Below, piece after piece: positions 37,777-50,977 of a stretch of DNA of 64,000 nt. The DNA lies in contig CM060734.1 of NCBI GenBank assembly GCA_030704615.1, positions 35,960,001-36,024,000 of the forward strand. The letters are read 5' to 3'. This DNA comes from Takakia lepidozioides. Its lineage: Eukaryota > Plantae > Bryophyta. The notes under the pieces are model-generated. The model saw only the letters and a program-made list of their open reading frames with translations. It ran no database searches and was not told the origin of the DNA. How positions within the stretch are numbered: the stretch's first letter is position 1; each line of letters opens with the position of its first letter. The translations under genes were made by a program, and so were the position numbers.

Positions 37777-40700
37777 ATGATGGTGAGGACGAAAAGATTG
37801 ACGGTTCACGAGAACGGTCACTTCAAGATGCACGAGGCGAATGGGGGCTCGTTGTGCATGGAAGGAGTAGAAGTGGGGGACCACCTCAACTGGGGTCGTG
37901 TGGCCGCAGGTTTGAAGGGAAGCCATTTGGAGGAGGTGAAAGAGATGGTGAGGACGTTCTACGAGGCGGATCACGTAGCTATCGAGGGAGTAACTTTAAC
38001 AGTTGCCCATGTGACAGCAGTTGCTCGCCGCCCAGAAGTGAGAGTAGAGTTGGATGCGGAAAAAGCCAAGAGCAGAGTGGATGAGAGCTCTAACTGGGTG
38101 ATTCAAAAGATTATGAACGGGGGAGACATCTACGGGGTCACAACAGGCTTTGGAGACACTTCTTACCGGCGGACCCAGCAAGGCGCGGAGCTACAGAAAG
38201 AACTGATACGGTACTATTGCTGACCAGTTGATGTTGCGGCTTTCAGATTCGTGAAATGCTGCTGGCCACAAAGTTGTTAAAGGCTGCACATTGTGTGGTA
38301 ATCTTAAAAATTCTTCAATCGTATGCCATAAGCATATGATCTGTACACTCGTCAATGGATGCATTGTACAACCACGGATATCACCGACAATATGTACATG
38401 TGTTATGTAGAGTGCATTCAGAATGATCCTGAAGCTGAAAGCATGATATCTCGATCTGTGCCTGTTTTGAACATGGAAACATGTCTCATGGAGTCCTCAA
38501 AAGGTGGATATGTTGCACGAGGGCAACATTGGCCTTTTTTCGAGCTTTTCTCTTACCAAATTTCAGGTTTGAACTGGCGCGGTCTTAATCTGATACTGTG
38601 TCGTGAGATTTGTGTCGTGTTCAGGTTTCTGAACGCAGGAGTTATCATAGGCGACCACAACACTTTACCAGTCGCCACCACAAGGGCAGCCATGCTTGTG
38701 AGGACAAACACTCTGATGCAGGGTTACTCCGGGATTCGATGGGAGATACTGGAAGCAATGCAAAAGCTTCTTAACTGCCATATCACCCCTAAATTGCCAT
38801 TGAGGGGAACCATTACTGCTTCGGGAGACCTTGTCCCCTTGTCTTACATAGCTGGTACGATCCGTTTGACGACTCCAAAGCTGTACATGATAGACATTAC
38901 AATTTCTAGGAGTAATTCAATCTGTCGGATGATCCAAATATACTAGAAAGATGATCTGGAGGTCTTGTTCTGGCACAGATAACGTTTTCTCGACAAAGGT
39001 TGAGGCCTGCGATATAAATTCAATGTGCGTGGTTGGGATAATTAGTTTCAAAGTTTCCCACCCTTCGATGCGAGCTAGTTTGAATAGCAGAATTGTCAAA
39101 TTTTGTGCAATTTAACCTGCCGTGTGAATTCATATTTCATTCTTGCTATGGCAGGGCTTCTTACTGCCAGGCCTAATTCCAGAGCAGTTACAAAGGGCGG
39201 AGAGGAGGTGTCAGCAGTGGAGGCCCTGAAAAGGGCAGGGTTGGAAAATCCATTTGAACTGAAGCCAAAGGAGGGTCTAGCCCTGGTCAATGGAACAGCA
39301 GTAGGCTCGGGTTTGGCTGCCATGGTTTGCTTCGACGCCAACATCCTTGCTGTGCTGGCAGAGATTCTTTCTGCACTCTTCTGTGAAGTCATGCAAGGAA
39401 AACCAGAGTTTACTGATCCTTTGACGCACAAGCTTAAACATCACCCCGGTCAGATGGAGGCAGCCGCCATTATGGAGTGGGTGCTTGATGGGAGCTCTTA
39501 CATGAAAGCCGCAGCCAAGTTGCATGAGACTGACCCTTTGCAGAAGCCCAAGCAGGATCGTTATGCACTGCGTACCTCCCCACAGTGGCTTGGCCCCCAG
39601 GTTGTCTACCGATTCACCCCGGCTTCACTTGATTTTGACCTTTAGACTATGTGAATGGGTCCCAAAGCTAGTGTTTTCAGGCTCTCTTATCTACAGTCTG
39701 AGCTCTCCTCCGTATTGACATTTCTCAACTGATCTGTGCCCAGGTGGAGGTTATTCGAACTGCGACACATGCTATTCAGAGGGAGATTAACTCGGTGAAT
39801 GACAACCCAATCATCGACGTGGCAGGAGACAGAGCTCTTCATGGCGGTAATTTTCAAGGAACTCCCATTGGGGTGTCTATGGACAACATGCGATTGGCTC
39901 TGGCTGCCATTGGAAAACTCATGTTTGCACAATTCTCCGAGCTTGTGAACGACTACTACAACAATGGGCTGCCTTCCAACCTAACCGGAGGCCCTAACCC
40001 AAGTCTGGACTATGGACTAAAGGGAGGGGAGATAGCGATGGCTTCTTATCTCTCAGAGTTGAACTATCTAGCCAACCCTGTCACAACCCACGTGCAGAGC
40101 GCTGAACAGCACAATCAGGATATCAACTCACTTGGGCTAGTGTCAGCCAGAAAAACTGAGGAAGCCACTGATATTTTGAAGCTCATGAGCTCAACTTTCC
40201 TGGTGGGTCTCTGTCAGGCTGTCGACCTCCGACATATTGAGGAGACAATGCACGCCGCTGTTATGCAAATTGTTGGGCAGGTAGCGAAGAGGACACTCTT
40301 CATAGGAAACAATGGGATGCTTCTACCTTCCCGGTTCTGTGAAAAAGATCTTTTGCGAGTGGTCGAAAACTTGCACGTTTTCACCTACATTGATGATGCC
40401 TCAAGCGAGTCTTCCCCCCTCATGCAGAAGCTGAGAGAAGTGTTGGTTGCACACACCCTCAGAAATCCTAGGGACGAAAAATCTGACGCCACCTCTGTTA
40501 TTCAAAGGATTCCCATCTTTGAGGAGGAGTTGAGAAGTAGTCTCAAAGCTGAGGTGCCTCAAGTGCGGGATGCCTACGACAACAAGGGGTCTTCCGCAGT
40601 ACCGAACCGTATTCAAGATTGCCGAACCTACCCCTTGTACAGATTTGTGCGGTCAGAGTTGGGTACCCGGTTACTCTCAGGCACTCGCAAGATATCTCCG

Positions 40701-40811
40701 GGACAAGAAATTGAGAAGGTTTACGACGCCATCACAGCGGGCAAGCTTGTCGCCCCCTTGCTCCAGTGCATTCAAGGCTGGACTGGCACTCCAGGGCCAT
40801 TTCCGCAGTAG
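37777..40811 (+). CDS. PAL: Phenylalanine ammonia-lyase
   Basis: Exons 37777-38210, 38625-38854, 39155-39600 and 39744-40811 (GT-AG introns; phases 2, 1, 0 consistent). Motifs [11 protein letters not shown]|FLNAG, MIO motif [55 protein letters not shown]. No internal stops. Confidence 0.97.
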
Positions 40812-41399
40812 TCATAAGATTGTCCTGCAGTATCAGGCTCATCCGGAAGCCTAAGACAATCAGAGCGGCTAAAGAGGCTTTCCACGGAAAGCGAAGTTAG
40901 ATAGGACCGTCTCCCAATCTGAGGAACATATAAATGTACATACAAGTTCCTCAGTGTAGGGCACATCTGTATATATGTTGCCAGTAATTTGATGCATCTC
41001 ACTCACAAACTGGACCTGAGCTGTAACCATTTTTTAGATTAATCATTCGGACAGTCCCACTTGTGCGCATGAATGTGATGCACTTTGGCAAAGTTTCTCT
41101 CATGAAATATTGAATACTGTAACAAGATTCCAAGCTCAATTAAATGACTGGGCAAAAGGGAACGCTGCATACATCCAGTAGAGAGCATAGAGGTAGGATT
41201 TGTGAGGCGGTGGGCCTTTTTCTAGGAGGCTCCACCATAGGCTTCAGAGAGTATAGAAAGGAGGGTGAGGGCTTATACTGCCTCAACCTTACTTTGGTGG
41301 GCTCTGCAAGCATTTAAAATGTAAAATGGAAGTTCAACCATCTTTACATGAATAGATACATCATGGGGCATAGGTGGCGAGGCCGCGGCCGGTTTCTTA

Positions 41400-41693
41400 A
41401 AAAGGCACTACCAACACAACACTGGAATGTACCGGGTTCAGGTTTTTTTCTAGAGCCAAGTCCGGGTTTCGGATCCGGGTTTTTGAAATTGGAAAAATCC
41501 GGATCTGGGTTTGGGTCAGTATTTGAACACTGGGTCGGGTCAGGGTCCGGGTAGTTGCTAGAAAAATATGGGTTTCATGGATTTGGTTCCTGATTAGTTG
41601 ATTAAACAAATTAGAAAATTGAAAATTAAAATTATATTTGGTTGGAACAAGAACTAAATCCTACTAAATGGCCACACATATATCCTAATGGGC

Positions 41694-41743
<50 letters not shown>

Positions 41744-42232
41744 GGCTCCTCAAATGAAGAAAAGAGGCAGCGCAAGTATAAGGTAAGTACCACATTTTAT
41801 ATTATGTATTGGGATGGGCACGCCGCTGCCCATTCTGCCAATCAGAGGCTGCAGACCCTTTAGTATGGTATTTCACAAAGTCAGACTGGCGATAATTTTA
41901 AGAGCATAATGAGCAACTCTACAGCCTCTACTTGGTTGGAGCTGAACAAAATCAAGCCTGCGATTATGCCAAAGCATATTGCCATATGGCACCAGCACTG
42001 TTCTGCTTCTTAGTTTGCCTCTTCAACGGCATAATCTCCCTCAAAAGTCTACCTACATATATATTAAAATCCCGTACCTGACCCGCTACGCTGTCCCGGT
42101 AGCCCCTATAGCAGGTTTTGGATCCACTAGGTGGGTCCGAGTATTTGGTGACGTTGCGAGTTTAGGTCCGGTTTACCTAGATTCTAACCCCTCAGGTATC
42201 CGGGGTCAGGACTGTACCGGCACAACACTGGT
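41400..42232. repeat. hAT-type MITE remnants (ACCCG/CGGGT-rich), with a (TA)n microsatellite at 41698-41742
   Basis: Clusters of CCGGGT/GGGTC at 41430-41555 and 42070-42215, and CACAACACTG ends at ~41415 and ~42221. A similar GACCCGACCCGA/TCGGGTCGGGTC palindrome lies at 36515-36545. Confidence 0.45.
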
Positions 42233-43253
42233 AGATTCCATGTTAACATTTTATATGTTGTGGTGTATTGGGTTGTGATTATGAAACGTGCCCCCCCCAC
42301 TTTCCGACCTCCCACTCCCTTCTTAGACTACCCTCCTCCCTCTCCTCCTCCCCCACCTCCATGCTCCCCACCTCATAAAGCACTTTGAGATTTTTCTCTT
42401 TGTTATTATCTGCTTCCAGAGGGGGGTTGGTATTCTGTGAGCACAACCCGCGGTCATAGGGGTTAAATGTTTTCAAACCGCGGTCATAAGAATTACATGT
42501 TAACAGGCACGGTGCATATGAGTACCTTCAAATTTATTTTCTCAATGCGAAAATAACTTTTCTAGGGCTTAAACTACCGATACCCCGACTGAAAACCACG
42601 ATTTTTGTTTTTCTGGGGTATCCAGTTCGCATAACGTGAGGAAACCCCACGCCTAGGGTAACATGTTTATCGTGTATATGTGTTACTTGTTTCTTAAGTG
42701 ATGCTGTGAGGGCCTATGCGAGCAGTTAAAAATAGTTTCGCAAGGTTTTTAGTTTTTCAATTTTAGTTTCGTTAGGGAATATTCGAAAGGCATCTAGGGA
42801 ATATCCTGAATATTCGCTTGTGCTCACACGAGCATGCTCACACGAGCATGCTCACACGCTACCCAACCTCCTTCCAGAGCATATTGGCCAGGGCAGTGCA
42901 ATCCACGGTGGTGGAATGCAGTGCCAGACCTTTTTTTGGTTGCACATGCTTTATGCAGGGGAAGACACGAATGCCCGAGGCCTCGTGTGGGGCATTCCTC
43001 GATTTTCGGGCATTTCCTATGGCTCAGGCCCAGTGCCCTTATATCGAGGAATGCCCTCCACTCAGGGCCTTCCCCTATACATAATATAACGTTGAAAGGG
43101 GTTATGGAAGGAGGTGAGCTTGAAAAGAGGGAGTGGGAGGAGCATGAAGGCATGGCTTGAAAAGCATTAAAGGGTTGGGATTTGATAGTGGGACCGGGTG
43201 TCTCCTCTACTACGTGTCAGATGTCTCAAAATTAGGATGCCAAATTCTAGCGA

Positions 43254-43275
43254 CGACCGAAGGTCGGAAGCTAGT
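43254..43275 (+). mobile_element. Helitron-like 3' terminus
   Basis: Hairpin CGACC-GAA-GGTCG followed 4 nt later by CTAG|T. Confidence 0.5.
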
Positions 43276-43386
43276 TTAGTGTAGAGCAAGAATAGGGTGC
43301 CGTAGTGCCTCGTCATCGTTGCCACATTTCATCGTCATCAATTTTCGTCGGACCTGCCCGGCCTGCCCGAAAACCCAGAACCTTTC

Positions 43387-45864
43387 TTGACCCGAAGCTT
43401 TCTTGAATGGCCTGAAGGGGCGCTGCGCATTGTGAACCAAGGAGGCGATTCGGCACACCAAGGGCTCACCCCAAACAAGAGGGTATTTTTCTGCGTTCTT
43501 CGTGCGTGTAAGAGCCTCCAAGCTCTTGAAAAGGGCACAGAGGTACATGCTAACATCATCAAAGCTAGAATTGGGTCAGATATCATTCTGGAGACAGCCC
43601 GTATGCTAAATGTAGAAGTGCGCAAAGTGTTTGACAATGTAACTCAACAAGATGTGGTCTCTTGGAACGCCATGATCACGGGATATGCTCAGCATGGGTA
43701 TGGTAGGGAGGCTCTGGAGATCTATGAGCAAATGATACTGGAAGGGGTGATATTCGACAGGGTCACGTTTACTCTGCTAATGAAGGCACCTTCTTCAACA
43801 CATTTCACCCTGTTTGGAGTGAGTTTGACATGATACTGCTAATGTGACAACAGGGAAGTATGAAGAAACAGGTAACAAAGACGAGGAGAAGCTGTGGAAT
43901 GAATACTTTTCTGACCTATCATTCTGGAGACAGCCCGTATGCTAAATTTAGAAGCGCGCAAAGTGTTTGACAACGTAACTCAACAAGATGTGGTCTCTTG
44001 GAAGCCATGATCACGGGATATGCTCAGCATGGGTATGGTAGGGAGGCTCTGGAGATCTATGAGCAAATGATACTGGAAGGGGTGATACCCGAAAGGGGCA
44101 CGTTTACTCTGCTAATGAAGGTACCTTCTTCAACACATTTCACCCTGTTTGGAGAGAGTTTGACATGATACTGCCAATGTGACAACAGGGAAGTATGCAG
44201 AAACATGGAACATAGACGAGGAGAAGCTGTGGAATGAATACTTTTCTGACCCTAGTCAATGGTGGGACAATCGAGGCAAAAAGGTGAATGCCTGTTGGAT
44301 TACAGAGAGTAGCAGATGCAATTGAGCATAGGAACTAGTGTGATAAGTTGAGTTGGGTGTTTCCTAGAACAAATCTAGGCTGTCATTGTCAGCTGATAGT
44401 AGCAAGGCAAGGATGTATGTATGATTTGTGCAAAGGCATGGATAGCTGAAGGAGCAGGGATAGTGTGTGGGTGGACAAATTCATCCAAGAGGGCCGGACT
44501 TCAAGCTCCAGATGACCTATGATTCCATGTGGATCAATAGCTAATAAACCTGCATGGGTAGATGGTCAACTAAAGGCAGCAGCTGCAGCGGCACAGTAGA
44601 TAGAATCAGGCACCTCAACCATGACCACAGCTTCTGAAAGAGGATCAAGAGAGGGAGTCCACAATGCCTCTTCTGGCACTTCTAGGCATGTTTGTGCAGA
44701 AGGCAGACTGACAGATCAGGCACTGGTAGTCCAGGCATTCTTCAACACATTTCAACTTGTTTTTCCCTCTTATCATAGTAGCAGATGCAATTGAGCATAG
44801 AAACTAGTGTGATAAGTTGAGTTGGTTGTTTCATGTCCGGTCAAATCCTCCATGGGTCATGACACAAGGTCAAGGACAATGTGGTGAGGGCACCTTCTTC
44901 TTCGACCTATTTCACCTTGTTTTTCCATCTCATCAAGCACCTCAACCATGACCACAACTTCTAGAAGAGGATCAAGAGAGGGAGTCCACAATGCCTCTTC
45001 TGGCACTTCTGGGCATGTGAAGATGCTTTGTGAGGCAGGCAGACTGAAAGATGAGACTTTAAACCAATGAGGCATTTCAGCAGATTCAGATACGTATGTT
45101 TGTCTCTACATAAGTGCATCAAGATGAAAGGCCTTGAAGCTGGAAAGCAGGTGCACACTCACATTATCCAAAGTGGATTTAGCCAAATGTTTTTCTACTC
45201 AACACCCTTGTCAACATGTATGCGGGAGCATCATGGATGCTCACCAAGTGTTCAACAGAATGTCTCAACCATCTTTGATCACGGATTTACCAAGCATGGG
45301 TGTGGTACGAATGCTTTGGAGACCTATGAGCAAATGATGCACGAAAGGGTGAAGCCCAACCACATCACGTTCGTTTGCATTTGCAATGCGTGTGCAAGCC
45401 TGGGAGCCCTGGAAAAGGGCAACGAGGTCCATGATGACATCGTTAAAGCTGGAATTCTACCAGATGTCATTCTGAACACTGCCTTGGTGGACATGTATGC
45501 CAAATGTGGGTGCATTAAGGATGCAAAGGCAATTTTGAAAGTTCAACAATATGCAGGCTGAACGAGATGTGGTGTCGTGGAGCGCAATGCTTGCAGGGTA
45601 TGCACAACAGGGACGTGGGGTAGAGGCTTTGGAGACCTATGAACAAATGATGGGGGAAGGGGTGAAGCCCAACCACATCACGTTTGTGTGCATTTGCAAT
45701 GCATGCGCAAGCCTGGCAGCTCTGGAAAAGGGCAAAGAGGCCCATGGCGACATTGTCAGGGCTGGAATTTTACCTGATGTCATTCTGAACAATGCCCTCA
45801 TGGACATGTATGCCAAATGTGGGAGCATTGAGGATGCGAAGGCAGTGTTCAACAATATGGCTGA
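43387..45864 (+). pseudogene. Scrambled PDF-motif + PLS-PPR pseudogene cluster, 5' part
   Basis: PPR L/S/P motifs at 43460-43770 and 45020-45864. 336-bp tandem duplication (43581-43916 / 43917-~44251). OSB-type PDF motif halves at 44215-44283 and 44479-44575. Interrupted by a CACTA at 45865. Confidence 0.85.
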
Positions 45865-47009
45865 CACTACAGCAAATGGGGGGGGGGGGGGGGGGGGGGG
45901 GGTTTGCGACGCCAGCCTCGCCCCCACGTCCCGCGTGGCGCCGAGCGTGCGATGCCAACCCCGCGGAGCATGTTTGCGATGTCGGGCCGTTGCAGCCAAA
46001 CCCCGCGGATCGCCACCTGGCGCTGGGCCAGGCGGCGACGCTTGGCCGTCGCACGGGTTGATGAAGGGCAAAAGGCAGCCCTTCTGTGCGACGCCCAAGC
46101 ATCGCCCCCCAATGAAGGGCAGAAGACAGCTTTTTCTGGCGACGGCCGGTCGTTGCACGCCGAAAAAAAAAACCCTTTCTTGCCCTTTCTTTCATCGCAA
46201 CCCTTTCTTGCGACGCCAGGCCGTCGCATGGTGGCATGAAGGGCAAAAGGCCCCTGCGACGGCCGGGCGTCGCAAACTGCTCGGCTGCCCTATTCTTGCA
46301 AAACAAAAAAACATGTCACTGTTTGCGACGGCTGGCCGTCGCCGTTTGCGACCCCCGGCCTCATAAATCCATTCAAAAAACAGGTCGCAGTTGGCGACGG
46401 TTGGCCGTCGCCGTTTGCGACCCCCGGCCTCATAAATCCTAAAAACCGCGTCGCAGGTGGCGACACGTGAGGGTCGTAGGCAGCGACGGCAGGGCTTTCT
46501 AAGTTTAGGTTTAGGGCCTTTGGGGGTTCTTAGTTTTTTTTTTTTTTTCATATGGTACTGGGATAGGGTGTTTGTTTTTCTTTATGGTTTAGCTTGTTGT
46601 TGTGGACCTTCTTGTAGATTGTGACATTCATTTTGATAATTCTCTTGATACCACATCTGTATGTGTTACTCCAATATATTCATTGTCTCTGCCTTCTTTC
46701 TTGAAAGACTACCAGCCATAGCCATATTTGATCAATCATAGAAATAAAGTACAATATGCATGTACATGTACAATCAATCGAAGGGATGGGTCCAGTTCGG
46801 TGCGAGAATTGTTATGTAGCTTTGATTTTGTGTCTAATCAACTTGAACATCATCATCCGGAGCTTCTTCATCCTCATCAAGCTGCAAGTCTTCTTGGTCA
46901 TCAAAATCATCGTCATAAATGGTCCGGCCCTCAAAAGGCACATCCGAATCATCCTCCACCTCGTTGTCAATGGCCGTGTCTTCGTCTCCTTCTCCAACAT
47001 CCGTATCTT

Positions 47010-48726
47010 CTAGAGCTTCACATATAGGGTCCAGGATGCATTGTCTAGGGCGTCATCATCCTCTTCTACCCCCTCTACCCAACCTCCATCATCAGCATCA
47101 TTATGACCAGTCTCTCCGTCCACCGCAATTGCGTCACCCCATGGAGATCTGAGACTATGATAGATACGTCTTCCTCTTGGCTGAGCATGCACAACCACCT
47201 TCCAATTCCCCCCTCTTGTTTTGTCATCGGAGAAGAAAACTTGCTCCATGTCTGAAGGCCGTGAAAAAGGCTCATCGGAGGGACGATGAGTAGGGTTAAG
47301 CCTATCTGCATTGACGCGCATGAAACCACAATCATCTTGCACTAGTGTTGCGGAGGGCCCCACAAGATGTGGCTGGAACCACCTTCCCTTGAATAGAAGA
47401 GGCCAGTACCTTGTATACTGAAGTTGGAGTATGCTCTCAAGCTCTCCAATGTACTCAAGTTTGCTCATAGCAGGTCGTGTATCTCCATTGCCCCACACGG
47501 AGTCTTGCCAATATGTGGCACACAAGCCAGAATCAAAGGTTGTTTTGCACTTCATGTCACGAGCACGAATGCGGAAATGACAACCGTGAACCCAAACCGC
47601 CATGTATGAGGTCGCGAATTGAGAGGGGCCGGCATTGACAAGTGAATGTACGCGGGTTGTTCATGGGGAACATAATATACCTGGATAATCATGCATTGTC
47701 CAAAGCAAGATGTCTCTCATCTGAAAAGATTGTCCGGCCATAGGGTCAAGTAAAGCATCCAATGTCGGGACCCCCCTCCATAGCTCCTTAAGTTCATCAA
47801 CAAGAGGTCGCAAGTACGTGTCCATGTTTGCCACTTGTTTTTTCCCTATGAGACATTCACATCATTGTTTCAATGCTCCACCAATATATGCAAATTATAC
47901 TACAAAATGAATTACACGTCTTACTCCATGATTATGTCACTCATCAATCTTGCATCCGAATTGTGTCAGAGATCAGAAGTTTAATGTAAAGTCTAAGGCA
48001 ATAATAAACATGAAATGAGTACACTCACCTGGCACAATGGCAGTCAACATGATATGGCTTTTTTTAATTGAAAGATACGGAGGGATGTTGTAATTCACCA
48101 TGGTCACTGGCCAAGTGAAATGACTACATGACTAGACAGAGAATGGGTTGACCCCATCCGAGGAGAAGCCGAGGTGGACATGTCGTGGGTCCTCCAAGAG
48201 AAAAGGCCACATCTCTTCAATATGCCTCCATGCTTGTGAATCTTGTGGCCCGCACACCTTTCTCGGGGGGCTCTGATGTGAGGTGTGCCATCTCATGAGT
48301 CTGGCCAATTCAGGGCTTCGGTATTGTGTCCTCAATTGCGGGATGATCGGAAAGTAATGCATTTTCTAGGATGAAATACCTCACGCCCCCCACATGTAAT
48401 CATCCCATTAGCACACATAATACAACACCCTTATGCTTTTCCCTTTATGCAGCCTCTCCCTCATTTGGGTGTAAATGATCAAAATCGAACGTCGCTCATT
48501 CCACTCCTTACTCACTCCTTCCAAAACCACAATCAGATCTTACATAAGTACTACTCTCCACAATCTTGTTCTTCTTGTAATGTTTTTCGACAACATGCGG
48601 TCGCCGCCTCGGCGGTTTGGTGCCGCCCGGCGGTATCCGTTCCCAACACTTAGTGCACCAACACTCAATCCTGTCGGGGGGGGGGAGGGGGGTCAAAGGT
48701 GGACGTGGTGGCCCGCAAGGGGGCAA
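47010..48726 (-). pseudogene. Internally deleted, intron-containing CACTA TnpD remnant
   Basis: RIECWCTKC (48508-48726); FPIIPQL..LMRWH..DSQAW..HLGFSSDGVNPF..TWPVTMVNYNIPP (48030-48362); MDTYLRPLVDELKELW..WTMHDYP (47680-47850); DUF4216-like (47010-47603). The DUF4218 region is missing. Confidence 0.85.
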
Positions 48727-49964
48727 CCCGCGGCGCGCCCGACTCGTTCCCGGAGTGTCAACATCCTCCGCATCACCTGAAATTTGGCCCCGGTCCCTTC
48801 TACGATTGTACCCGACAGCCTATATTGGATTAGGTGCAATGGGTGGCTCCTCGCCACGAAAAATGGTCGCTCTAGGGCCACAATCGATATGTGGTACTAC
48901 CTCCCTATCCTCGAGGGAGACGGGTCGATGTTTCCTCACCATCGCATCCTAATTAACACACACCACCAACACTTTCATTTCTCAAAAACCGTTGGCAAAA
49001 AAACCCTATGCCTCAGCCTCGGGGCTTTCAAAATTGGTAACCAAAGGTGGAGCATCCCTATGATGCTAGAGCCCAAGACCATAAATCCTTCCTCTCATTC
49101 TATCTTCAGGATGCCCACACCATGGAAATTTTTTTTGAGACCCAGCGCTTTGCGATTATCAGATTGAACCGCATTTTGGGTATGTGAATCCTAATTACAC
49201 CGTTTATCCTTTTAACCCCTAGACCCAAAACCAAAACCGCCAATCCAAAACCCAGGACCATAAAGAAAAGCAAACACCCTAACCCAGTACCATATGAAAA
49301 TAAAATAAGTTGCATTTGACGACGAGTTTTTTTTATTTTGTTACATGGGGGTCGCACCCCACGACGGAAAGCCGTCGCGGGGGGCGACGTGTTTTTTATT
49401 ATTTGTGGGGCCGGGGGTCGCAAGCAACAACGGCCGACCGTCGCAAATATCATTTTTACATTTCAAAAAAAAGGCGGGCGCAGGCGTGTGACGGCCGGGC
49501 GTCGCACGTAGGCGCCACGCCTTTTTTTTTTCCGTAAGTGCTTGAAGCATCTCTTTCCCCTCCCGTTTTTGTTTGTTCTTTGGGAGAGAGGTAGTTCAGA
49601 AAGTGGGGTTTAGGGTGGAGGAGAAACGCACCTGCTGCTGAGCCCGAGGTGGTCGCAAGGCCCCAAGGAGTTTGCCCCAACGCCGCTCCAATGCCCAAGG
49701 TAAGCATCGCCTCCTCCCTCACTTTTTGTCTTGCTTTCTTGCCCTAAGCACGGGCTGATGTCTCTCTCCCCTTTGTGGTAGGAACGCCGCACAGAGGCGC
49801 GACCTAACGAGCTGAAGAGAGAGAGAGTTGTGATGAGCGGGGGAGAGACGCCCTGCAACGGCGAGGACCCGCACCGCTGGCAGCCGTGACAGCACCGCAG
49901 CAGCTCGCCGCGCTAGCTCGCTTCAAGCACCAGCAGCCGCAGTAGCAGAGGTACGTCAGGGAGA

Positions 49965-50430
49965 TTGCACTCTCCCTTTCCTCTCTACTTCTGTTTATTG
50001 TTCAAAGGTAGTCTTCCTGCCCTAAGTTTAAATTTAGGTCTGGTGCCAAGAGTGGGATAGACCCTTGAACGCATCCATGATGTCCTCCCCCATGTCACAG
50101 ACTGGAAACAGGTTCAGGGAAGTTTTCTTCCTGACTTCATTTTCATCGGACAATTTTCTGGTAACAGACATGGCTTTGGACACTACACTCTCTAAGTCAG
50201 GTTTATCCAGCAAGGTCAAGACTTGCGGGTCCAGATTCAGATCCTTGAGAATCTCTTCTACTCTCTTCTTCCAGGGCTTACCCTGTTTGACAGGGCGGTC
50301 ATGTTTCCAAGATATAGAGTCGATTAACTTAGGATATCTGTTGTTGGACATATGTTGCAGCTGAACACCATCTGACCTTGAATTTATCTCGTCGGGAGCT
50401 TAAAAGTGAGCAGCACAGAAGAGAGGGAAG
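49965..50430 (-). mobile_element. Non-LTR retrotransposon ORF2 C-terminal fragment
   Basis: Homologous to 57040-57534 (ENEVRKKTSLNLFPV..RPKFKLRAGRLPLN). Confidence 0.65.
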
Positions 50431-50977
50431 ATATACATGTCATGTCAAGACATGGACAAGACCACTAAGGTCATTGTCATTGAAAGACAATGCAGCCCTT
50501 TACAGGGCACCATCTAACAACCCATTTTACCATCTCATTTGAATATCTCGTTACTTTTCAGGGTATCTGAAAAAACTGGGAGGGCGGGATTCCTGGTCAT
50601 TCATATCCTGAAAGCACCATGAGTTGACAAAAAACATTCATCATCATACTTTGCAGATTGTAATCTCATTTCAATAACCAGATTGCAGGTCTGGAGATAA
50701 ATCTCCAGAGTCAAGCACATAGTACTTTAAATTGACATTAAAACAATAAGACATATATGTCTTAAGCATATTCTAGCCAACCCATACTGGTAAATCTGGA
50801 TCTGGTATTTCTATTGCATGCTAGCAGAGATGCAAAGCAAGAACAATATAGGGAGTAGGTTAAGAGACCATATAGAGCTTACCAATTTTTGTCCCAAAAG
50901 AACACTTGGGGTATTTTAGAAAACAGTTTGTAGTCTAAAAAGAGCCCAACAAGGTGATGCATGGTAGTCTATAAATA

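Noticed and set aside
45551-46366. 271-aa ORF that looks like a PPR fused to a novel basic domain
   Set aside because: It is read-through from the PPR exon into the CACTA TIR and subterminal repeats at 45865.
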